Assembly: GCA_965112635.1 (NCBI GenBank)
Contig: OZ218778.1
Span: 730,258-762,257, forward strand
DNA length: 32,000 nucleotides
Source: an uncultured bacterium
GTDB lineage: Bacteria > Oederibacteriota > Oederibacteriia > Oederibacteriales > Oederibacteriaceae
Direction of reading: 5' to 3'
Part shown: in pieces, positions 17,546 to 24,345 of the stretch
Position numbering within the stretch: position 1 is the stretch's first letter
Layout of the letters: every line of letters starts with the position of its first letter
Made by a program: the position numbers and the translations under genes
Notes under the pieces: generated by a model
Database searches by the model: none
The model's input: the letters and a program-made list of their open reading frames with translations, nothing else
What the model was told of the DNA's origin: nothing

Positions 17546-18502
17546 TTACCTTTTAAATCTTTCACTTGAATGCCATTCCAAAAGCTCTTTGTTTGGGCGG
17601 TAATTTTCTTGAACTGGAAGTCTAATCTTCTTGTGATCATAGGAAAAATAATACTCCCCGTTATGAAACTCTTCTCTAAGTTTATTACTAACTCTAATCT
17701 CGTAATCCGGAGTGACTGTGACATATCCCTGGTCAAAGAGAGAATGAAAATCCGAACGTAGACAGAGTCCATTATCAAGCCTATGATCTCCCTCTCTAGC
17801 AACTGGTCGGATATGGGCTGCTTCCAGGACAGGTACTACCTTTTCTGCTGTCATGGCGCATTTTCTATCATATAAATCTAAGATCATGACTCTGAAGGTT
17901 CCTTGTCCCAATCGCATTTTTACTAATCGGGGATCGCCATAAATTTTACCTGTAATCTCATGTATTTCTGGTTGTTTAATATCTATCGTCTCTGCTGCTA
18001 TGAGTTGTTTTTTATTATTAAGAGAACCTTTTATTCTCATCCAAATCTCCCGCATCGGAGAACTCTCTGAATCATACGTCTTGCCCTGTACAATATTTAA
18101 AGAAAAATCCTTAGGAACCGGAATCCAGTCTTTTTGTTCGAGATAAAATAGATCTCCTAAAATAATACATCCTATTGAGTAATCCTCCCTAGGATTTTCA
18201 TTAACTCTGCGGTATTTAGCTAATCGGTGTCTCATATCTTCTAGAGTAGCTACTCCGTTTTTTTCCTCAAATGCATTCCAGGCGATACTGATTGGTAACA
18301 ATGAGGAATGACGAAAAAAACCTCCCCCTACGATAAAATTATTAGGGGCATGAAGTTTAAAAAGAAAGGGTTCCCCAACTTGGAGAGTATGAAATTGCCT
18401 GTTTCCACCCGGTTGCCAAAAATTTACCTCGTCAATGTCTTGGCGTTGGCTAAGAAAATCAAACCAATCTTTATCAGTGATCCCAACATAAATATTCAAC
18501 AT
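17546..18502 (-). CDS. HNH endonuclease (putative restriction-type) with N-terminal PUA/EVE-like region
   Basis: 318 aa; C-term VPVLEAAHIRPVAREGDHRLDNGLCLRSDFHSLFDQGYVTV (HNH core). N-term YVGITDKDWFDFLSQ...GEPFLFKLHAPNNFIVGGGFF looks like a PUA-superfamily reader domain (inference). Confidence 0.85.
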   Translation of the reverse strand: MLNIYVGITDKDWFDFLSQRQDIDEVNFWQPGGNRQFHTLQVGEPFLFKLHAPNNFIVGGGFFRHSSLLPISIAWNAFEEKNGVATLEDMRHRLAKYRRVNENPREDYSIGCIILGDLFYLEQKDWIPVPKDFSLNIVQGKTYDSESSPMREIWMRIKGSLNNKKQLIAAETIDIKQPEIHEITGKIYGDPRLVKMRLGQGTFRVMILDLYDRKCAMTAEKVVPVLEAAHIRPVAREGDHRLDNGLCLRSDFHSLFDQGYVTVTPDYEIRVSNKLREEFHNGEYYFSYDHKKIRLPVQENYRPNKELLEWHSSERFKR

Positions 18503-18532
18503 CCACTCCCATATTTATCAACTTAAAACTAG

Positions 18533-20914
18533 CTATAAAATTGCAATGAATTCGCCCAGAATCTGGATGTCGTTTTCATTCTCGGGTTTGAGTTTTATAG
18601 GTTGATACTGCACATTTAATGGTAAAAGTGTTATTTCTTCGTGCTTCCAAGTCTCATCACTGCTGACAGTCTTTTTCGATGAATATAATTTAACTGTATA
18701 TGACCCGCCTGTGTCAGGGTCTGCCGGGCCGCGATACTGGGCTAAAACTATTTTACCCTGCCGCGAACCCTCTGGGTTGGCTCTGAAAACGCAATAGTCC
18801 CCATCCTTTATCTTCGGCTCCATGGACCTGCCTACCACCTGCGCCACGAACATTCTTTCATTCAACCTCCCCAAGCCCTTTGCCTCTACCCAGCCCTCAG
18901 GCTCGACTGCTTCGCCTTTCCCAAAATATCCGGCAGCCGCCTTAAGGGAATAAACAGGAAGTAAGGTTTTGAAAGCCTCATTCCCCGCTGTTTTCCTGAA
19001 TAAGGGAACAACCTTTTCCTGGACCTGCGCCTGGGATATTTCCATCCGGGACCTGAAGAAATTCTCTGTTTCTTTGTTAGTAAAATACACATAGCAACCC
19101 CGCATAGCTCGTGAAAGCAGGGTTCGATAAATATTCCTGACATAGGTTTCAAAACTTTCTTTTTTCATCTTCAATGTTCGGTCTTCAGTGGCCGAGATAT
19201 CCGCTTTTAAACTGTCCGATGGGGCATCGTAAACCAGGTCATTGCCGATAATTACCCCTATATAATCGAACTCAAATCCCTGGGCCGTATAGATGCATCC
19301 GACCTGCTTAAACCCTTCGGGCTTATACGCCCACTCATACCAGCGCACATATCCCTCTGGGGGCCTGGTGATGTCACCATGTGTTTCCCAGGGCATAGCA
19401 AAATTGCCTATCCTGACATCGTTTACCAGTTGGCCGTTCCCATCCAATTTCTTACTCCAAGGCCAACAATAACCGGCTACGATCCTGGCAGAATTCGGTT
19501 TTTCTTCTTCCCTCTTTTGCAACTCCTTATACATTTCCTGTGGAGTATCAAATATCCTGAATTCAAATTTGTCATCTTTCCTTAATAATCTTTTCTCGGA
19601 CTGGTAACCCAGAACAGATTCCAACCAAAGCAGATAATCATTTGAACCCATGCAACGGAACTGTGTCACTAATTCAACCGTATCAATAGAACACCCCTGT
19701 TTTTCGGCGGTTTCCCTGATCAATTCAGACCCGCCTATTTCCTGGGACCGGACATTTTGCTTATCATCTATAAAAAACACGACGGTTTTGGCGCAACGAA
19801 TGAGTTGGTCTATCTGGGGCATATCGGTCCTGTCCTCGGCCTTAGTGAATTGGAAGTTACTTTTATTGCCTATGCGGTGGGCTTCGTCGATCAATAACAG
19901 ATCCAGCTCGTTCGACTTTATTTTGGAAGGGACAAACCGGTATAAATTAGAAAAAAGGATTTCGCTTTCCGGTCCAACAAGGTTTTTTATGCCCTCAATG
20001 AAAGGTTTTGACTTACAGCCATAAAATACTTTGTATTTGGAATGAGCTGCCTCAGCCAGTAAATTGATAGCGATAAGAGATTTTCCTGTCCCCGGGCCCC
20101 CATGAACAATGATGACCGATTTTGTTTTAGTTTTTTTCGACCGTCTTATTTTGGAAAGAATAAGATTTTTCGCTACCAATTGCTCATTTAAAAGGGAGAA
20201 AACAGCCTTGTTTTGTATAACTGCGCTGACATGGTCCAGTAATTTTTGAGAGGGCTGGATTGGGCTTTGCATAAACCTGTTGAATATTTCAAAACCATTA
20301 CCGGATGCCAGCAAATTCTTTATCTTATCAGCCAGTAATTGGGCATCGTCTTTTGAATAAAGGGGATGGTTTTCGATAATTTTTTTAAATTTGGGGGCGA
20401 ATAAACCCTCCCCCTCCTGTTTTTTATAATTATGGCAATAAGAACAGCTGAAAAGTATAAGGGGAGGTTGCTTTTCGAACTCGCTGACAAAATATTTTAA
20501 AAAATTATGGTAGCCCTCGACCTGTTGGGATGGATGGGCCACTACTTTGCTGCTGCCGCCTGTATAGGTCTCGACAAAATTGCCCTCATCATTTAATGGC
20601 TCAACAGATTGCCATTGTTTCAATTCAATCAGGACAATATTTTCCTGCCTATCAAGACCTTTCCCGAACAACAGGCAATCAATGCGGTTCTGGTTATAGG
20701 GAACCTCATACTCAATGGCTATCTGATTATCTTTTAAACCAGCCAACTCGATCAGGTCACGGACCCTGGGTAGTGAATTTTGCCAGGAATTGACCTCCGC
20801 GAATCCAGGCTGCCTGCCGATCCTCTCCTTAAAAGTTCCGATCATGATGTCTGTAAGATGGTTTTCCCTGACATCCTGGATAAACTTTTCGGTCGTATTC
20901 TGATAGATCAGCAT
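18533..20914 (-). CDS. Three-domain fusion: PD-(D/E)XK-like nuclease, DUF2075 SF1-like helicase, LexA/S24-like peptidase
   Basis: 793 aa; YNQNRIDCLLFGKGLDRQENIVLIELKQW; VIIVHGGPGTGKSLIA; LLLIDEAHRIGN; TAQGFEFDYIGVIIG; YRTLLSRAMRGCYVY; C-terminal AQVVGRSMEPKIKDGDYCVFRANP...SYTVKLYSSKK (Ser and candidate Lys of an S24 dyad). Confidence 0.85.
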   Translation of the reverse strand: MLIYQNTTEKFIQDVRENHLTDIMIGTFKERIGRQPGFAEVNSWQNSLPRVRDLIELAGLKDNQIAIEYEVPYNQNRIDCLLFGKGLDRQENIVLIELKQWQSVEPLNDEGNFVETYTGGSSKVVAHPSQQVEGYHNFLKYFVSEFEKQPPLILFSCSYCHNYKKQEGEGLFAPKFKKIIENHPLYSKDDAQLLADKIKNLLASGNGFEIFNRFMQSPIQPSQKLLDHVSAVIQNKAVFSLLNEQLVAKNLILSKIRRSKKTKTKSVIIVHGGPGTGKSLIAINLLAEAAHSKYKVFYGCKSKPFIEGIKNLVGPESEILFSNLYRFVPSKIKSNELDLLLIDEAHRIGNKSNFQFTKAEDRTDMPQIDQLIRCAKTVVFFIDDKQNVRSQEIGGSELIRETAEKQGCSIDTVELVTQFRCMGSNDYLLWLESVLGYQSEKRLLRKDDKFEFRIFDTPQEMYKELQKREEEKPNSARIVAGYCWPWSKKLDGNGQLVNDVRIGNFAMPWETHGDITRPPEGYVRWYEWAYKPEGFKQVGCIYTAQGFEFDYIGVIIGNDLVYDAPSDSLKADISATEDRTLKMKKESFETYVRNIYRTLLSRAMRGCYVYFTNKETENFFRSRMEISQAQVQEKVVPLFRKTAGNEAFKTLLPVYSLKAAAGYFGKGEAVEPEGWVEAKGLGRLNERMFVAQVVGRSMEPKIKDGDYCVFRANPEGSRQGKIVLAQYRGPADPDTGGSYTVKLYSSKKTVSSDETWKHEEITLLPLNVQYQPIKLKPENENDIQILGEFIAIL

Positions 20915-20923
20915 TAAAGGCCC

Positions 20924-21280
20924 CTAAAGATCGGTATATTTTTTAGCGCTACCTTTGGCGAGTTTGACCGGATACTTGCGGGCGTTTTTCTTGATCTTGT
21001 CATGGGCACAGCGGATGGGGTCAACGCCCAGCATATCGCAAAGTTCCGTGAGATAGACCAATACATCGCCTATCTCATCTTTGACTTTTTTGAGGTCGGC
21101 TTTAGAAAGGTTTTTGCTTTGGTTCTCGGTCAGCCATTGAAAATGCTCCATAAGTTCTGAGGTCTCTACTGCAAGCGCCATAGAAAGGTTTTTAGGTGAA
21201 TGGTACTGTTCCCAATCACGGTCTTTTACAAATTTCTTTAATTTTCTGGAAATTTTTCTTAACCCACCTTGATTTCCCAT
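20924..21280 (-). CDS. MazG-like nucleotide pyrophosphohydrolase
   Basis: ATG 21280 with GGAG upstream (ORF track start TTG 21286). MALAVETSELMEHFQWLTE...KDEIGDVLVYLTELCDMLGV: ExxE...ExxD metal-binding pattern. Confidence 0.87.
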   Translation of the reverse strand: MGNQGGLRKISRKLKKFVKDRDWEQYHSPKNLSMALAVETSELMEHFQWLTENQSKNLSKADLKKVKDEIGDVLVYLTELCDMLGVDPIRCAHDKIKKNARKYPVKLAKGSAKKYTDL

Positions 21281-21286
21281 TTTCAA

Positions 21287-21874
21287 CTACTCCACCCTAA
21301 ATATTTTAAGAAAATGTGACCTTGGTAACTCTGACTCATAGGACAGCCCGATATTGCACTTATCAAAATAACCGTCGCCCTCAGTCCATATTTTAAATGT
21401 CTTGGGATATTTACTCAGATATTTCTTTGTTATACGAAGACCTCTGCCACCAACCTTTAGTCTAAATAGATCATGTCTATTTTTTGGATTATTAAAATAA
21501 TTTCTCATATATGCATCTGTAAGATAAATGAGAAATTTATTTTCAGCTGTAAAATTTAGCAATTTTGAAATATCCCAAAATATTTGGCCCGCACCTTCGG
21601 TATAACCCGAATCTCCACCCCTGTGATATTTGAATTCAATAGCTACATTGTTATTTTTGTCATTCGAACATGCGTAAAAGTCCAGTTTATCTTTTTTGAA
21701 CAATTTATTTTTGAATGGATGTTCTAGGATAATATTCTCAGGTTTGTATTTTTCTTTTTTGGTAAGCGCGTAAAAAAAAGTGTAACGAATTGAATCTTCC
21801 GAATCATTAAAATCCCTGTCTTTCTCCAACCTTTTCTTAATTAATTCTGTAAAGTAACTAAATACTGGGAGCAT
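21287..21874 (-). CDS. Small putative PD-(D/E)XK-fold nuclease-like protein
   Basis: 195 aa; KLDFYACSNDKNNNVAIEFKYHR gives a D-x(n)-ExK signature. Its stop lies inside the RBS region of the MazG-like gene. Confidence 0.5.
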   Translation of the reverse strand: MLPVFSYFTELIKKRLEKDRDFNDSEDSIRYTFFYALTKKEKYKPENIILEHPFKNKLFKKDKLDFYACSNDKNNNVAIEFKYHRGGDSGYTEGAGQIFWDISKLLNFTAENKFLIYLTDAYMRNYFNNPKNRHDLFRLKVGGRGLRITKKYLSKYPKTFKIWTEGDGYFDKCNIGLSYESELPRSHFLKIFRVE

Positions 21875-21976
21875 TACTTCCTCCTAAACAAACTCGTTTG
21901 ATAGCAATAATTTGATTCTATCCCCCCCATCCCCTCTAATCAAACCTTTCACGGCTCTTTCATTCCAACTGGTTCC

Positions 21977-22663
21977 CTACCAAATAAAAGGAATCAGTTT
22001 GTACCGCACTTTTTGGGCGTAGCTACGATAACCCGGCAGTTCATCTCGCAGCATTTTGTCCTCCAGGACTGTCCTCAAAATTAAAAGGAGGAAAATGGCG
22101 ACTCCGGCCCACAAGGCCGGGAACGAACCCAGCACCAAGGGTGCGGCCAGGTTGAAAAAGATGGCGCCCGTATAGCCCGGATGCCGGACATAGGCATACG
22201 GCCCTGTGCTCACCACCTTTTGTCCCCGGTCAGCCTGGATGCGGGCATGGCTGGAAAAAAAGGGATTGGAGGCCATAGCCCACATGGACAGGCTGTTGGA
22301 AACAACCATGACGCCAAGGCACAGCAGGACCACATAGAGAGGAAAAGGAGCGGTCCAGCCGAACCTTTTGTCCAATCCTGCCAGGACCAGATAGGCCAGG
22401 GGAAGCACGACCGCGACCAGCATGACCAGCCACCTGTCCCAGGTTTTGGCTTTTTTTCCGGCGGTCCACCGTTCCTTGACCAGTTCCGGGGACCTGGTGA
22501 AAAACCCGGTCAAAGAAACGACCAGAGCAAAATAGGCGACCGTGAACAGCCAGCCATTGAGCCAGCTCAGGGACCCGGCAGTCCCGAACAGGACCAGGCC
22601 GGCCACGAGGCAAGTCGCCACGGCCTGGAAAATAGCTTTCCCGTAATTTGTTTTTTTATTCAT
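21977..22663 (-). CDS. Isoprenylcysteine carboxyl methyltransferase (ICMT)-like membrane protein
   Basis: 228 aa, multiple TM segments, VVSTGPYAYVRHPGYTGAIFF ... LRTVLEDKMLRDELPGYRSYAQKVRYKLIPFIW. Confidence 0.9.
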   Translation of the reverse strand: MNKKTNYGKAIFQAVATCLVAGLVLFGTAGSLSWLNGWLFTVAYFALVVSLTGFFTRSPELVKERWTAGKKAKTWDRWLVMLVAVVLPLAYLVLAGLDKRFGWTAPFPLYVVLLCLGVMVVSNSLSMWAMASNPFFSSHARIQADRGQKVVSTGPYAYVRHPGYTGAIFFNLAAPLVLGSFPALWAGVAIFLLLILRTVLEDKMLRDELPGYRSYAQKVRYKLIPFIW

Positions 22664-22765
22664 TATATGTCTCCCCTGTTAAACCATTCTAAAAACAGTT
22701 CATGTCAAAACGCTTTTTGACACAATCGCCTTGGAGCGGGAACGCAGAACAGCTGGTTCTACACA

Positions 22766-22805
22766 AACTCTCTTGAAGGGAATCGCATTACAACAAGAGA
22801 GTTTG
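22766..22805. repeat. Intergenic inverted repeat (11-bp perfect arms)
   Basis: AAACTCTCTTG - 18 nt - CAAGAGAGTTT. Confidence 0.6.
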
Positions 22806-22896
22806 ACGCATTTTTACAAAGGCGATCGAAGTTCCTCCCGTAAAGACCTGCGGTCCACGGGATAAAAGTCCCGTAGAAACCTCTGGTCCACGGGTT

Positions 22897-24045
22897 TTAC
22901 CGCATTATCTTTCCCGACCAAAGTTCTTCCAGAAAAATATTCCAGGGCAGTATCCGGATGTTTCCCATCTTACGGGGTTTCGCGTCCCGTGATACCAGCA
23001 GCGCCTCTTTGACGCGGTATTCTTCCTGGAATGCTCTGAGCCCCCTGGCGTGGCGGTCGTCGGCGGTTTGGGCCGCTTTAACTTCCACCACCACTTCATG
23101 GTCCCCCAGGATAAAATCCACCTCCAGCTGTGAGGCGGTCCGCCAAAAGCACACCGGGTAATCCAAGCCGCTGTAACGGCTATGGGCCCAGATTTCCTGG
23201 AAAAGGAAGTGCTCAAAGGCCTTGCCAAAGGACTCGCCCCCCTCGGAGACTTTCCCGCGTTTCAAAAGATGGCCGGCCACCCCGACATCAAAAAAGTAGA
23301 ACTTGGGCGCCTGGATGACCCTGCGTTTGGGATTTTTCCTAAAGGAGGATATCTGGGTCGCCACCAGGGTATCCTCCAGGATCTGGAAATATTCCTTTAC
23401 CGTCGGCGGGCTGATGCCGCATTCCGTGGCGATATTTTGGTAGTTGAGGATCTCCCCATTGCTGAAGGCCGCGGCTTCCAGAAAACGGGCGAAGGCGGGG
23501 ATGTTGCGGGCCAAAGCCTCGGCGGCGATCTCTTCTTTTAGATAGTCCCCCAGGTAAGCAGCCATAAGTTTTTCGGCATCCTCGACCAGGTAATGCCGCG
23601 GCAGGAGGCCGTGGTTCAAGGCTCTGGTAAGGTCAAACCCGGGTATTTCCGCGCTGACCAGGGGGTGCAGCTCGTACCTCAAGGCCCGGCCTCCCAGCAG
23701 GTTGGCCCCGGAACGTTTCAGTTTCCGGGCGCTGGAGCCGCACAGGATAAAGGAGAGATGGTGGTTGACGATCAGCCATTGGATCTCATCCAGCAAAGCC
23801 GGGCACTTTTGGACTTCATCAATGATAATGGGGGTCCCGGGAGCCGGAAGCGCGGCCAGGATCTCCTCCCTCAAAAGAGCGGGATGCCGCGACAACCGGG
23901 CGTATTCGTCTGACAGGAGGAGATCGTAGTAGGGCGCTTGGGGGAAAAACTCCTTTAACAGCGTACTTTTCCCGGTCTGCCTGGCGCCCCAAAGAAAGGC
24001 GCTTTCGTTTTTTCGTCCCTGGAAGGTCTGCAGTCGTTTAAACAT
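22897..24045 (-). CDS. AAA-family ATPase with DUF4143-type C-terminal domain
   Basis: 382 aa; WGARQTGKSTLL, TPIIIDEVQKCPALLDEIQWLI, ILCGSSARKLKRSGANLLGGRA, CFWRTASQLEVDFILGDHEVVVEVKAA. Confidence 0.93.
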   Translation of the reverse strand: MFKRLQTFQGRKNESAFLWGARQTGKSTLLKEFFPQAPYYDLLLSDEYARLSRHPALLREEILAALPAPGTPIIIDEVQKCPALLDEIQWLIVNHHLSFILCGSSARKLKRSGANLLGGRALRYELHPLVSAEIPGFDLTRALNHGLLPRHYLVEDAEKLMAAYLGDYLKEEIAAEALARNIPAFARFLEAAAFSNGEILNYQNIATECGISPPTVKEYFQILEDTLVATQISSFRKNPKRRVIQAPKFYFFDVGVAGHLLKRGKVSEGGESFGKAFEHFLFQEIWAHSRYSGLDYPVCFWRTASQLEVDFILGDHEVVVEVKAAQTADDRHARGLRAFQEEYRVKEALLVSRDAKPRKMGNIRILPWNIFLEELWSGKIMR

Positions 24046-24109
24046 AGACTTAGTTTATCATGATATTATAAACAGTCAACTTAGAATGTCATAAAGCAAG
24101 GACACCACG

Positions 24110-24171
24110 GACAGAGCTCTCCTAGAGGGCCCTCGGCTTCGCCAGCCTCGACGGCTAGGCTCACAATGACA
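24110..24171. repeat. REP-like dispersed-repeat candidate
   Basis: Minus strand reads TGTCATTGTGAGCCTAGCCGTCGAGGCTGGCGAAGCCGAGGGCCC. It resembles the widespread TGTCATTGCGAG-type intergenic repeat and has internal dyads. Confidence 0.5.
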
Positions 24172-24233
24172 ATTTGAGCAGGGAATCGCTTGTTTTGCTA
24201 TATTAAATAATGAAAAACATCAAAGTGTCCAAA

Positions 24234-24335
24234 TATGTTAAAAATAGTCAAAATATTATCAATTTTTGATGATATTTATCACTTTTTGATAGTTTTTTGT
24301 CAGTTATTGACAATTTTGAACATGTTTTTAACATA
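24234..24335. promoter_or_regulatory. Second phased array bounded by an 11-bp perfect inverted repeat
   Basis: TATGTTAAAAA (24234-24244) / TTTTTAACATA (24325-24335) enclose ATCAATTTTTGAT (24258-24270), ATCACTTTTTGAT (24278-24290), GTCAGTTATTGAC (24299-24311). Confidence 0.5.
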
Positions 24336-24345
24336 AATGAAACCT

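Noticed and set aside
22897-24045. DUF4143 ATPase as a defence effector
   Set aside because: These ATPases are common solitary accessory genes. It has its own long upstream spacer and nothing in sequence links it to the 15.5-21.9 kb operon.
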